A DNA stretch of 64,000 nt from Candidatus Woesearchaeota archaeon (lineage in GTDB: Archaea; Nanobdellota; Nanobdellia; Pacearchaeales; GW2011-AR1). Position numbers and translations under genes: made by a program. The stretch lies in contig CAYHPN010000001.1 of the NCBI GenBank assembly GCA_964358765.1, forward strand, positions 91,182 through 155,181, in the 5' to 3' direction. Below are positions 37,083-46,336 of this stretch, in pieces. Under the pieces are notes generated by a model. That model was not told the origin of the DNA and did not search any database. It saw only the letters and a program-made list of their open reading frames with translations. Within the stretch, counting starts at the first letter, position 1. Every line of letters starts with the position of its first letter.

Positions 37083-37596
37083 GTTCGCAAGAAACTCTCT
37101 TGTAACAATTTCTCATTTCTTCAGCCCATATTCTGAATGTTGGTGAACAATTTCTCTTATCAAAATTTCTTACTTGATTTTCGTATGCCCTATACTCTGC
37201 ATTATTTACATCGGAAAAATGGGAAATTATTTTAGGAGATTCGAAAAGTTCTTTAGCATGATATCCTTCATGGTCTATAAGCATAGATAGAAAATCTCCT
37301 AAATGCCACGATTCTTCTCTTATTCTTTCGAATGATATAGGATAAACCTTTACTCTTGATTTAAACCTTGGAATTAAAAAAATTCGAGCAGCAGGGTTGG
37401 ATATTGACATCCTATAGGAATTATTAACTACTATCTTTAATCCTTTAAAACCTATTAATCTACTTTCACGAGCGATATAGTCAACACCCGAGATATATTT
37501 TCCAGCTCCTTCTAGATCTAAACTTCTGAGAAATTGAGAACGAGCAGAGCTAGAAGGATTGTTACAAAGATCTATGAGTTCCTCATTAGTTGTCAT
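37069..37596 (-). CDS. hypothetical protein with an HExxH motif
   Basis: 175-aa ORF containing LIDHEGYHAKE (possible zinc-metallopeptidase-like site). Its 3' end overlaps the uvrB 3' end convergently by 14 nt. Confidence 0.4.
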   Translation of the reverse strand: MTTNEELIDLCNNPSSSARSQFLRSLDLEGAGKYISGVDYIARESRLIGFKGLKIVVNNSYRMSISNPAARIFLIPRFKSRVKVYPISFERIREESWHLGDFLSMLIDHEGYHAKELFESPKIISHFSDVNNAEYRAYENQVRNFDKRNCSPTFRIWAEEMRNCYKRVSCELNSN

Positions 37597-37640
37597 AAAA
37601 ATCCAATAAATATTGATTATTTAAAGGTTTAGAATTATAT

Positions 37641-38141
37641 TTATTTCTTGACTTTTTTCTTCTGCATTTTCTTGAACTTTTTCCAGAGTTTTTCGTCAAG
37701 GATGAAACCTGGGCAATTCTTAGTGCCGCATTTACAAGGATGGTCTTTGTAATCTTCGAGATCGTAACCATAATTATAATAGATTTCCTGGCTCTTTTTA
37801 ATATTCTTTTTTGCTTTTATCCAGATATGATCGTTCCTTATATGGATTTCAGAGTTTGGATTACAAGAGTGATTGATATATTTTGCAGTATTGTATTCAA
37901 AAATGCCATCAATGTCGAATTTTTTATTTAATTCAAAGATATAGACTGCGCCTTGTGATGGATTTCCTTTTGACATTTCAAAATGTTTTTCTGCTCGCCT
38001 CTCGCCTTCTTTTTTAGTTACTTTTTCTCCAATGTACTCTATGATTCTTTCGCCTTTTTTGATAAATTCTTTTGCATAGATGCCACGACCGTGGATTTTA
38101 GATTTTTTTAGGAAGACTTTGCTAGTAGATTTTTGTTTCAT
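37641..38141 (-). CDS. SET-domain protein lysine methyltransferase
   Basis: GRGIYAKEFIKKGERIIEY, NHSCNPN, YNYGYD and the post-SET CKCGTKNC. Confidence 0.85.
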   Translation of the reverse strand: MKQKSTSKVFLKKSKIHGRGIYAKEFIKKGERIIEYIGEKVTKKEGERRAEKHFEMSKGNPSQGAVYIFELNKKFDIDGIFEYNTAKYINHSCNPNSEIHIRNDHIWIKAKKNIKKSQEIYYNYGYDLEDYKDHPCKCGTKNCPGFILDEKLWKKFKKMQKKKVKK

Positions 38142-38162
38142 TGAAATTTTAAAGTGGAAGAA

Positions 38163-38729
38163 TTACTTCTTTAGAGCCATTCTATGAATTATTGGCGCTT
38201 TACCTTTTGTAGTATGCTTTTGAACTTTAACATCCTGTTTTGCTTCTGCTGCTCTTAATTGGGCTACTGATTGTTCTTTTTCTTTTTCGTCTTTCTTCTT
38301 TTCTTCGTCTTCTCTCTTTACTTCTTCATCTTTTTTCTCTTCTTTTTTAGTTTCCTTTTGTGCTTGAGGTTTTATTGAATCTAATTTCTTTTGTTTCTTA
38401 GCAGCTTTCTGCATAAGGAATTTAACATGATCTGGAATGTCTGCAAGTTCTACTTTAACTATATTTCCAATTTTTGTTGCTTTAACTTTGATTTTTGAAG
38501 GAGGACTTTTTCTGCCTCTAAACCAGATTTCTTGATTGACATACATATCTAATTTAACCAGATCAAGATTTCTTTCAGGGACTTTCATATGCCTAGCAAT
38601 AAATTCTTTAACTGTTCTTACGGCTCTGCCTGTCCTTTTGAAATATGAAGTCTTTCTCCACTGGTTTCTAAGTGGAATTACATATTCCCTTACTAAATTT
38701 TCTTTGTTTTCTTTTTTTTCAGTTGCCAT
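38163..38729 (-). CDS. rpl31e: ribosomal protein eL31 with a long K/E-rich C-terminal extension
   Basis: REYVIPLRNQWRKTSYFKRTGRAVRTVKEFIARHMKV...VNQEIWFRGRKSPPSKIKV matches eL31. About 80 extra K/E-rich residues at the C-terminus. Confidence 0.8.
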   Translation of the reverse strand: MATEKKENKENLVREYVIPLRNQWRKTSYFKRTGRAVRTVKEFIARHMKVPERNLDLVKLDMYVNQEIWFRGRKSPPSKIKVKATKIGNIVKVELADIPDHVKFLMQKAAKKQKKLDSIKPQAQKETKKEEKKDEEVKREDEEKKKDEKEKEQSVAQLRAAEAKQDVKVQKHTTKGKAPIIHRMALKK

Positions 38730-38730
38730 T

Positions 38731-38934
38731 TTATCCTAGGTGCTGCCTCTTAGCTGTGCTTCTTGGTTTAGTTTTGAGTTTGGTTCTTCTCCAGTGTCTT
38801 CTATGTTTTGTTACACTGCTTGGATGAACTCTTTTTCCTGGGCCATGTTTTTTTACAACTACCCAAAATGGAGCCCATTTTGTGTGCTTATTTGCAATTG
38901 ATAATTTTACTTTCTTTTGATTTAAAGGTTTCAT
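38731..38934 (-). CDS. rpl39e: ribosomal protein eL39
   Basis: ...WAPFWVVVKKHG...HRRHWRRTKLK matches the eL39 core. Confidence 0.8.
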   Translation of the reverse strand: MKPLNQKKVKLSIANKHTKWAPFWVVVKKHGPGKRVHPSSVTKHRRHWRRTKLKTKPRSTAKRQHLG

Positions 38935-39338
38935 TTAACACTCTCCAAAAGATGTTTGCCTTTTTCTGTTAATTTTCTTCCTGATTTTTTGCCTTTTACT
39001 TTTTCAAGCAAACCTGCTGACTCTGCTTGTTGTAAAATAACTCTAATGATTTTTCCGCCTGATTTTCTAAATTCTGGAGGGCGCATTCCTCTATCTTTTC
39101 TTCCGCCATATCGTGTTCTTAGTCTTTCGACTCCTACAATATCATGGAGGTAGATCTGCCTTAAAATACTAGCTGAACGTTTATACCAGAAATCAGGTTC
39201 AAAAATAGGCCTTGCTTTATGAACTGAACTTTTAACGAAGTCAACCCACTCCGGTTTAGCAAATTCGGGTATATGCTTTAATTTCTCTGAAAGCATTTTA
39301 TTATATTTTCCAGATTCGATTGCTTTTATTTCATTCAT
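38931..39338 (-). CDS. rps19e: ribosomal protein eS19
   Basis: PEWVDFVKSSVHKARP...FWYKRSASILRQIYL...VGVERLRTRYGGRKDRG...GGKIIRVILQQAESAGLLEK. Confidence 0.85.
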   Translation of the reverse strand: MNEIKAIESGKYNKMLSEKLKHIPEFAKPEWVDFVKSSVHKARPIFEPDFWYKRSASILRQIYLHDIVGVERLRTRYGGRKDRGMRPPEFRKSGGKIIRVILQQAESAGLLEKVKGKKSGRKLTEKGKHLLESVK

Positions 39339-39820
39339 TTTTTATTGGTCTCCGCTAGTGTTGAACTTTTCTTAACTTTTTCTTTAATGTTTGTTTTATT
39401 TTCCATATTATGTATAGATTGTAAAATAAGCTCTGAACCTGCTTTCTTAATCTTTTCTGAAGCAACTTTGGAAGCAGAAGTTGCAGTAATTTTATATTTT
39501 CCTTTTATTTCTCCGTCAGCTAAAATTTTGTAACCCACTAAATTTATATCTTTATTATGGCCGTGTTTTAATTCTATATCGCGAAGATTTATTTCTTTAA
39601 GTTTTACTTTTTGTTTTCTTCTAAGAGTTTTACTTTTTCCGAAATAATCATTGCCATATAAATTTAATACTAGTGTTTTTCTTTGGTCTCCTCTTTTACC
39701 AGTTCCCGCTAAACCTTTTCCGCCTTGATGACCTGAGCCTCTGGCTTTCTTCTTTCCACCCCTACGGTTAGTGTGTGATCCTCTGAATCTACTTGACTTT
39801 TTTCTTTTTTTTAGTTTCAT
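39335..39820 (-). CDS. rpl15: ribosomal protein uL15
   Basis: RFRGSHTNRRGGKKKARGSGHQGGKGLAGTGKRGDQ N-terminal signature. Confidence 0.85.
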   Translation of the reverse strand: MKLKKRKKSSRFRGSHTNRRGGKKKARGSGHQGGKGLAGTGKRGDQRKTLVLNLYGNDYFGKSKTLRRKQKVKLKEINLRDIELKHGHNKDINLVGYKILADGEIKGKYKITATSASKVASEKIKKAGSELILQSIHNMENKTNIKEKVKKSSTLAETNKK

Positions 39821-40055
39821 TTTTTGCTCCTCCTAGTTTAGTTTTTGATTTTAATTTTGATTTTTTAATTTTATTATTTTTAACTGACATTAAGTCTATA
39901 TCTTCAGACATATCTTTTTCTCTTTCGTCAATTAACTCCTCTGGAAGTTTTGTAAAACTGTCTAAACTTAGACAATCAGGACATTCTTCTGGAGATTCTT
40001 CTCCATAATCTACAAAACCGCATTTGCACTCCCACATAAAACCAGCCATCGACAT
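39789..40055 (-). CDS. rubredoxin-like zinc-ribbon protein with a K-rich tail, embedded between uL30 and uL15
   Basis: MWECKCGFVDYGEESPEECPDCLS has a CxC...CPxC knuckle pair. Its ATG shares one nucleotide with the uL30 stop (TAATG), and its 3' end overlaps the uL15 start by 32 nt. Confidence 0.5.
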   Translation of the reverse strand: MSMAGFMWECKCGFVDYGEESPEECPDCLSLDSFTKLPEELIDEREKDMSEDIDLMSVKNNKIKKSKLKSKTKLGGAKNETKKKKKVK

Positions 40056-40474
40056 TATAACATCCTCCTTACTAAATCATTAATATGAGCTTTATTATCG
40101 CCTAAGACTCCTTTTCCTACACCAAAATGCCTTTTTGACTCAATACCTTTTCTTGGAGGATGCAATCTAAAGAAAGGTTTTAAATTTAAAGATTCTAATT
40201 TTTTCTTTTCCATTTGAACTATAACTTCATCAGCATTTATTTTTTTTGTTTTATCAATTGGCTGTCCTCTCTCGGAGATCAGTTCTTTAAGTGTTTCTTT
40301 ATTTATATCACCGAATGCAACATGGTTTCTCAATTTATTTAATATTTTCATATTCTGTGCATTTGGATTTAACAAGACTGCAGAGTATTTTCTTCTTAAT
40401 CTGAGCCTGTAAAGAGCACTACGAATATCTGAATTAATATCCACATCGCCTGAAATTCTTATTATTAATAACAT
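40055..40474 (-). CDS. rpl30: ribosomal protein uL30
   Basis: LLIIRISGDVDINSDIRSALYRLRLRRKYSAVLL. Confidence 0.85.
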   Translation of the reverse strand: MLLIIRISGDVDINSDIRSALYRLRLRRKYSAVLLNPNAQNMKILNKLRNHVAFGDINKETLKELISERGQPIDKTKKINADEVIVQMEKKKLESLNLKPFFRLHPPRKGIESKRHFGVGKGVLGDNKAHINDLVRRML

Positions 40475-40475
40475 T

Positions 40476-41255
40476 TTATTTTTTCATCTCCGTTGTTTTT
40501 TCTAGTGCATTAATGCAAGCTTTAGCTAGATTAAAAGTAGTTCTTGTAAAACCTTGAGTTTTTGAATATACATCTTTAATTCCCGCTAATTTTAAAATCT
40601 TTTTGCATTCATCGCCTATTACTAAACCTGTTCCTCTTGGAGCTGGCCAAAGAACAATTCGTGCGCTTCCACATTTCCCTTCTATTTTAAAAGGGATTGT
40701 ATGAGGATCAGAATGATCTTTTTCATGCTCTGGGGACTCAAAACCTAAATTAACCCTTATTATACTTAATTTTGCATTTCTAATAGCCTTTTCTCTTGCA
40801 GGAAGTGTTTCTTTTGCTCTGCCATATCCAATACCTACGTGGCCTTTCTTATCTCCAACTATTGCCATTGCTGAAAATGTAATAACGTTGCCTTCTTGTG
40901 TTTTTTTCTGAGTTTGACGCCATGCTCTTCTTTTTCCTCCGCCGAATTTTCCTTTTGCTTGCCCGATAGATAACAAATCAGAAGATAGATTTAACAAAGT
41001 ATCTACAATCTGAGGTTCAAGAATTTTTTTACCGTGCATTAATATTTTATCTATATCTTTTTCCTTTCCTTCTTTTACTGCTTTTCCTAATTTTGTTCTA
41101 GGATCCCATGAAAAAACTTCTTTCTTTTCTCTATCATCTAATTCTTTTATCTTGATTTCACTATCCATCTCTACTTTTACTTCTAAGTCTGCAATTTCTT
41201 CTGGTGTTGCTTCGATTAAATCTTTTGGTTGATTTCTTGTTTCTTTTTCTGCCAT
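40476..41255 (-). CDS. rps5: ribosomal protein uS5
   Basis: ...FSAMAIVGDKKGHVGIGYGRAKETLPAREKAIRNAK... and GTGLVIGDECKKILKLAGIKDV. Confidence 0.9.
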   Translation of the reverse strand: MAEKETRNQPKDLIEATPEEIADLEVKVEMDSEIKIKELDDREKKEVFSWDPRTKLGKAVKEGKEKDIDKILMHGKKILEPQIVDTLLNLSSDLLSIGQAKGKFGGGKRRAWRQTQKKTQEGNVITFSAMAIVGDKKGHVGIGYGRAKETLPAREKAIRNAKLSIIRVNLGFESPEHEKDHSDPHTIPFKIEGKCGSARIVLWPAPRGTGLVIGDECKKILKLAGIKDVYSKTQGFTRTTFNLAKACINALEKTTEMKK

Positions 41256-41256
41256 T

Positions 41257-41733
41257 TTATTTAGCTCCTTTTATCTTTTCCACAAGACTTTTTGGAATAT
41301 TTTTATTTGAAAAGATTCTTTCATCTGTTGGAAGAATACTCTCATCAATATTGATATTTAAACCTGCTTCTTTTGCACCTTTAACAAGAGCGTAAATTCT
41401 AGAGCCGTGTATGTTCCTATGCATTCCGATATCTAAAATAACTTCTTTGACAATATTTTTTGAACTCTTTGCCAAAAGAATACCCGTTAGGTAGCATGCT
41501 GCCAAACTTTTAAGGCTTCCTTTTTTATCTTCAGGCCAGCCCTTGGATAATAAATCGCTTGAGCTTATCGTCAATAATACTTTGTCCTGTGCAATGTCAG
41601 AGACAACTATCTGAGATAAAATATATCTATTTGTTTTTCTAATTACCAAACGAGGCAACTCTGATTTTAAGAGGTTAAATCTTAATTTGTAATCTGTTTT
41701 TGCTTCTAGTCTTCTTCTTCTGATTGTTTTCAT
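41257..41733 (-). CDS. rpl18: ribosomal protein uL18
   Basis: RRRRLEAKTDYKLRFNLLKSELPRLVIRKTNRYILSQIV. Confidence 0.85.
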   Translation of the reverse strand: MKTIRRRRLEAKTDYKLRFNLLKSELPRLVIRKTNRYILSQIVVSDIAQDKVLLTISSSDLLSKGWPEDKKGSLKSLAACYLTGILLAKSSKNIVKEVILDIGMHRNIHGSRIYALVKGAKEAGLNINIDESILPTDERIFSNKNIPKSLVEKIKGAK

Positions 41734-42146
41734 TTTTTATCCCCCATTGAATTAGATATTCTCTCTTTAAAATGAGAGAGATCTTTAAACATACTAGCCC
41801 GGATTTCTCTTCTTAACTTTAAGTATTCTTCTTGAGATATTTTTCCTTTAGATTTTAATATTTTTAGATGAGATCTAAATTTTCTTGTAAGAGTCATGTA
41901 TTTTTCTTTTGATCTTTTGATTTTTTTTCTTACACTTCCTGCTCTTCTTCTTCCTTTTGACTTTACTATTGCCTTTCTTCCTTTCATTTCCTTAATGGAA
42001 ATGGCGCCAGAAGCCAGTAAATCTTTTATGTCTTGTTTGGTAATTGCTTCTTTAACTTCGGATAATCTTTCATTATTGAATGTGACTCTCTTCTTTCCAA
42101 CACCTAGAGTTCTAGCAACCAATGCTTTTTTTCTTTCCAATTTCAT
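41730..42146 (-). CDS. rpl19e: ribosomal protein eL19
   Basis: KKALVARTLGVGKKRVTFNNERLSEVKEAITKQDIKDLLASGAI. Confidence 0.85.
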   Translation of the reverse strand: MKLERKKALVARTLGVGKKRVTFNNERLSEVKEAITKQDIKDLLASGAISIKEMKGRKAIVKSKGRRRAGSVRKKIKRSKEKYMTLTRKFRSHLKILKSKGKISQEEYLKLRREIRASMFKDLSHFKERISNSMGDKK

Positions 42147-42490
42147 TATTTTTTTCCTCCCATATTTAGTATTTTAATATTTTTTTCATTAGCTAATTTT
42201 ATCAGTTCAATTCTTTTTTTTGAGCCTACTTTTGCTAAAATTACAATATTTTCTTTCTTGACTTTGAGAAGTTCTCTGGAGTTATGAACTAAAATAGGTT
42301 TAAGAGAATTAATTTTACCTGAAGTGACTTTAGGAGACTTATAGCCTATTAAGACAATCTTTGGATAGGATTTTCTTCTCTTTCTCATTTTACTATGTCT
42401 TCCTTTTGGCTTTCTCCATGCAACCTTAACTTTCTTTCTTCCTAATTTATGAGATCTCATAAAATCTTGTCTCTGAAAATCTTTTGACAT
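42146..42490 (-). CDS. rpl32e: ribosomal protein eL32
   Basis: FMRSHKLGRKKVKVAWRKPKGRHSKMRKRRK...IGYKSPK. Confidence 0.85.
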   Translation of the reverse strand: MSKDFQRQDFMRSHKLGRKKVKVAWRKPKGRHSKMRKRRKSYPKIVLIGYKSPKVTSGKINSLKPILVHNSRELLKVKKENIVILAKVGSKKRIELIKLANEKNIKILNMGGKK

Positions 42491-43032
42491 TATAATTTCC
42501 TCCCTGGTTTTTGAGTTATAAAAATTCCGTCCTGATAAATTCTTCTGTCTCTTGCTTTTATCTTTGTTGCTTTCTCGATATTGGCTGCTGTCTGTCCTGC
42601 TGCATTACGGTCATTTGAGGTTAAAGTTAACAAAGTTCCCTTAACTTCTACATCAACATTTGGAATGATTACTGCAACTCTTGGAGTTTTCTCACCTAAG
42701 AAATTGTTTATTATTAGTTTCTTTGAATCTACTTTAATAGTCATAGGGAAATGGACATTACAGGCTTCCATTTTATATACAAACTTTTCATTTAAGCCTG
42801 AAAAGATATTATTAATGTGAGCAATTGCAGACTTAATTTTCTTAAAATTGTTTTTGTTCCCTTTCTTGCATTCAAACACGATTGATTCAGAAGATAATTT
42901 AACATCGGTGCTAGGGAGATTTAATTTTCTTTCCATTGTACTTTTATTATTTGAACATTTTAATATTCCCGAATTGTAATGGCATGAAATGCCTTGCGGG
43001 ATTAAAATTTTCTCGGATATTGCGTGCTTCAT
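42490..43032 (-). CDS. rpl6: ribosomal protein uL6
   Basis: Position and pattern (...YKMEACNVHFPMTIKV...INNFLGEKTPRVA...) fit uL6. Confidence 0.85.
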   Translation of the reverse strand: MKHAISEKILIPQGISCHYNSGILKCSNNKSTMERKLNLPSTDVKLSSESIVFECKKGNKNNFKKIKSAIAHINNIFSGLNEKFVYKMEACNVHFPMTIKVDSKKLIINNFLGEKTPRVAVIIPNVDVEVKGTLLTLTSNDRNAAGQTAANIEKATKIKARDRRIYQDGIFITQKPGRKL

Positions 43033-43033
43033 T

Positions 43034-43408
43034 TTAATAGAAATATGCTAATAAGCATCCTCCTAAATTTTTCTCTATAGCGGTTAAGTGAGTCATTATT
43101 CCCTTTGAGGTTGAAACAATAATGAATCCTATGTTTTTAGCTGGAAGGTATCTTTTTACATATTTGTCTATTTCTGGAACAGTTACTGTAAATCTTGGTT
43201 TTATTGAGTTACATTTGTTTAAATGTCCAATTTCAACTTTAAGCATTTGACCATTTACTTCATAATTTCTTATTTGTCCTTTTAATTTAGCTATTGCTAG
43301 AATTGAAATTAATAATTTTGAATGCCTTTTTAATTCTACTTTTGTCTTTTTTGCTCTAGAAGCGTTCATTATTTGATTCAAAGAGTCCGAAACTATATCT
43401 TGTGACAT
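43034..43408 (-). CDS. rps8: ribosomal protein uS8
   Basis: Start placed at ATG 43408 (MSQDIVSDSLNQIMNA...), 1 nt after the uS14 stop. C-terminal GGCLLAYFY. Confidence 0.85.
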   Translation of the reverse strand: MSQDIVSDSLNQIMNASRAKKTKVELKRHSKLLISILAIAKLKGQIRNYEVNGQMLKVEIGHLNKCNSIKPRFTVTVPEIDKYVKRYLPAKNIGFIIVSTSKGIMTHLTAIEKNLGGCLLAYFY

Positions 43409-43409
43409 T

Positions 43410-43640
43410 TTAAGAGTATTTTTTAAATCCGATTTCCTCCGCAATTTCTCGGAAACATTGTCTGCATAAATTTAGATTATATTGGTTAAGATGAGCACCA
43501 AATCTTCCGCATCTTTCACATTTTTTGACAGTAATTCCTATTTTTCTGTCCTTTGGTTTATTATGCCTTATGAATTTTCTTAATACTGCAGGTTTTCTTC
43601 GAAGTTGCTTAGTAATTTTTTTCCAATCGCTTGCCGTCAT
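43410..43640 (-). CDS. rps14: ribosomal protein uS14 (zinc-binding type)
   Basis: CERCGRFGAHLNQYNLNLCRQCFREIA. Confidence 0.8.
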   Translation of the reverse strand: MTASDWKKITKQLRRKPAVLRKFIRHNKPKDRKIGITVKKCERCGRFGAHLNQYNLNLCRQCFREIAEEIGFKKYS

Positions 43641-43641
43641 A

Positions 43642-44184
43642 TTATTTTACCTCCGTACTGAAATTATTTACCATATAAGTTATAATTTCATTTGGCGATA
43701 CATACTGTTTCTTACCTAATTTTCCTGCTTTAATTTTCTTTCTTTTTGTTCTAACTCCAGGTCTAATAAAAACAACAGTCACGTTTAAACCTCTAATTCC
43801 AATATCTCTTTGGTATTCAATTCCAGGAATTTCGATATATTCTTTAATTCCAAATGAAAAACTATTCTCGGCAATTTGATCTTCATCTAAAATATTATCT
43901 ATGGCTCCAAGAAGTCTTTTTAATAAAGCTATTGCCTCTGCACCTCTAAGAGTTATTCTAACACCTACTTCTAAACCCGGCCTTACTCCAAAATCTGGAA
44001 TTCTTTTTGTTGAAGCAATTTTTTGCGCATGTTTTCCTGAAAGAAACTCCAATAATTTCTTGCCTTTTTCAAGCTCCTGAGCAGTACCGCTGCAGCTTAT
44101 AATTATCTTCTCAATTTTAACTTTTCTCATTATGTTTTCTGCACTAGGTTTCTTTTCTACTGCTGGTTTTGTTTGTTTTTTCAT
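43642..44184 (-). CDS. rpl5: ribosomal protein uL5
   Basis: MRKVKIEKIIISCSG...FGVRPGLEVGVRITLRG...FGIKEYIEIPGIEYQRDIGIRGLNV. Confidence 0.9.
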   Translation of the reverse strand: MKKQTKPAVEKKPSAENIMRKVKIEKIIISCSGTAQELEKGKKLLEFLSGKHAQKIASTKRIPDFGVRPGLEVGVRITLRGAEAIALLKRLLGAIDNILDEDQIAENSFSFGIKEYIEIPGIEYQRDIGIRGLNVTVVFIRPGVRTKRKKIKAGKLGKKQYVSPNEIITYMVNNFSTEVK

Positions 44185-44801
44185 ATTACTACTGCGCTCC
44201 TTTTTGTTAATACTTTGACAGATTTATCATCTAAAGCTATTTCTGCAGTTTTACCTAAAACTTCTTTTATAGTTCCATGGTGTCCTGAATATTTTCCTGA
44301 AATTATGAAACATTTCTTGCCTTTTTCAAATGCAACATGCTTTTTAATTTTTGTAGAAAAATCAATATATACTGAATCGTCTACATTTATTTTTTCTTTT
44401 GATAAAATATTTGTTCCTTCATGTAAATTTAATTGTAATTGGCCTTTTTTATATAATGTTTTATTAATGACCTTGCATAATCTTTCTTTTGAGTTATCTT
44501 CCTCGAAAGCAAATTTTCCTAAATTATTCAACGTTAGTTTATAGTGCTTATCTGCTTGGAGAATATTAAATAAACGAACACTATAACGATGATCTTTTAC
44601 CAACTGGCCGTTTATTTTTAATAATTTTTGATGAATCATTTTTTCTACTTCCTTTAATGTCCTAGCAAGTTTAAGCATATCTCTAACGGCTATGACTACT
44701 GGTACTGAATTTATTCTGTCCATTTTAGAGCTAGCTACATATTTTGTTCCTTTTCTTCTAATTGGTATTTTCTTATTTACTTCAGATCTTGTTTGATGCA
44801 T
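44181..44801 (-). CDS. rps4e: ribosomal protein eS4
   Basis: Position between uL24 and uL5, plus the S4/KOW-like layout (...VIAVRDMLKLARTLKEVEKMIHQKLLKINGQLVKD...). Confidence 0.85.
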   Translation of the reverse strand: MHQTRSEVNKKIPIRRKGTKYVASSKMDRINSVPVVIAVRDMLKLARTLKEVEKMIHQKLLKINGQLVKDHRYSVRLFNILQADKHYKLTLNNLGKFAFEEDNSKERLCKVINKTLYKKGQLQLNLHEGTNILSKEKINVDDSVYIDFSTKIKKHVAFEKGKKCFIISGKYSGHHGTIKEVLGKTAEIALDDKSVKVLTKRSAVVI

Positions 44802-45255
44802 TTTTCTTCTCCTTAACTGTTACTTTTTTTTCTGGGGCTGTCTTTTTATTATCTTGTTTAACTGTTTTTTTTGTTGCTGTTCTGCTTAAAGATTCCATTC
44901 TTTTTTTATCATCTAAATTTAATGCAATGATTTGTAAATTGCTTGGGTGAAAATGAACGTTAACTTTTGCTCCATCTTTCTTTGATCTTTGAATATTCTC
45001 CAAAGCTACTCTAGATTTTTTATGATTGACTGCAATTACTTTAGCTTTCTTCTTCTTAAATGAACCGCGCATGATAAACACTTCGTCTCCTTTCCTTATC
45101 GAGATATTTCTCTTACCATGCTTCTTTATTAATTCTTTTGAAAGATGAGCATTTAAAAATTTATGCTTGATATGTAGGGGTGCATTGAAACGATATTTTC
45201 TTTGTTTTCTTTTTTGTCTGCTGGCTCTCCAGTGTGTCGAAAATTCTTTTTTCAT
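44782..45255 (-). CDS. rpl24: ribosomal protein uL24 with a K-rich C-terminal extension
   Basis: KQRKYRFNAPLHIKHKFLNAHLSKEL...IRKGDEVFIMRGSFKKKKAKV (KOW motif). Confidence 0.85.
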   Translation of the reverse strand: MKKEFSTHWRASRQKRKQRKYRFNAPLHIKHKFLNAHLSKELIKKHGKRNISIRKGDEVFIMRGSFKKKKAKVIAVNHKKSRVALENIQRSKKDGAKVNVHFHPSNLQIIALNLDDKKRMESLSRTATKKTVKQDNKKTAPEKKVTVKEKKNASNKI

Positions 45256-45680
45256 AGTACGAATTGCGCGATTTTAGCGACCTCTTTCCATCTTTCAAAA
45301 ATTTCTCTTGCAACAGGCCCTTTAATCATTGTTCCTTTTGGATTGCCTTTTTCATCCTTTAATAATGCCACTGCGTTATCCTCAAATGATATTCTTTCTC
45401 CAGTTAATCTTCTATATGGTTTTTTTTGTCTTATTACTACAGCATCAAAAACTTCTCCCTTCATATCAGGTTTTCCCGCTCTTACTGAAACTTTTACCCA
45501 ATCCCCAATCTTTGCGTACTGCTGTCTTTTCTTTTTTGTTTTACCATGCTTTACTCCAGTAATTCTAACTATTCTAGCTCCGCTGTTGTCTGCTGCTACA
45601 ACTAGACTTCCAATATTTAATCCACGGGTAGCTCTTGCTGAAATTGCCTTACCGCTGATGACTGGATGTTTTTGTGCCAT
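45252..45680 (-). CDS. rpl14: ribosomal protein uL14
   Basis: ...LNIGSLVVAADNSGARIVRITGV...GDWVKVSVRAGKPDMKGEVFDAVVIRQKK. Confidence 0.9.
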   Translation of the reverse strand: MAQKHPVISGKAISARATRGLNIGSLVVAADNSGARIVRITGVKHGKTKKKRQQYAKIGDWVKVSVRAGKPDMKGEVFDAVVIRQKKPYRRLTGERISFEDNAVALLKDEKGNPKGTMIKGPVAREIFERWKEVAKIAQFVL

Positions 45681-45681
45681 T

Positions 45682-46023
45682 TTACTTTACCATCTCCTTA
45701 TTTTCGATTGATTTATTTATTATTTCTAGAACAATAAAATGAATAATTTTACTAAGAGGCCTGCATTCCTGAATTTTTATTAAATCCCCAATTTCTGCAT
45801 TTATGTTTGGAGGAAGTCTTGCATGAAGTCTTGTTTTCTTTACCATGTATCTTTCATATTTCTGAATATAAACTGTTCTTTCAAATTCAATAGTAACTCT
45901 AGTAGGGAATTTTCTAATTACTTTTCCCTGGAATATTCTTCCTCTGGTTCCCACTATATTTATTTTATTTTCTATTTTAGACTTTTCTGTCTGTTTTTGT
46001 TCTTTGGTTTTTTTCTTTTCCAT
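45682..46023 (-). CDS. rps17: ribosomal protein uS17
   Basis: GRIFQGKVIRKFPTRVTIEFERTVYIQKYERYMVKKTRLHARLP...GDLIKIQECRPLSK. Confidence 0.85.
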   Translation of the reverse strand: MEKKKTKEQKQTEKSKIENKINIVGTRGRIFQGKVIRKFPTRVTIEFERTVYIQKYERYMVKKTRLHARLPPNINAEIGDLIKIQECRPLSKIIHFIVLEIINKSIENKEMVK

Positions 46024-46039
46024 TTTTCTCCTTGTTTGA

Positions 46040-46336
46040 TCAATCGCTTATTGAGCTTTCTGGAAAACCCAGCTTTAAAAGGATTGGCCTTACATTTTTT
46101 TTGTGGTCTCCTTGCAATTCGATGACGCCGTTTTTCACAGTGCCTCCGCATGCAAGCCCTTCTTTAAGCTTTTTTCCTATTTCTTTTATATCTACGTGCT
46201 TATCGAATCCCTGGACGAGTGTTATTTTTTTTCCGTATCTCCTCGCCTCGGTCATCACCTTTATTTGCTGTTCGCTCTTCGCGATTTCTTCAAACACGTC
46301 CGATTCACTTGGTAGTCCGAACTGGTTTGAATCCAT
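46040..46336 (-). CDS. sui1: translation initiation factor aSUI1 (eIF1 homolog)
   Basis: RRYGKKITLVQGFD...GKKLKEGLACGGTVKNGVIELQGDHKKNVRPILLKLGF. Confidence 0.8.
   Translation of the reverse strand: MDSNQFGLPSESDVFEEIAKSEQQIKVMTEARRYGKKITLVQGFDKHVDIKEIGKKLKEGLACGGTVKNGVIELQGDHKKNVRPILLKLGFPESSISD

Noticed and set aside
37586-37931. Track ORFs 37586-37771 (-) and 37740-37931 (+)
   Set aside because: They overlap the SET-domain gene, which has unambiguous motifs in its own frame. They have low-complexity translations.
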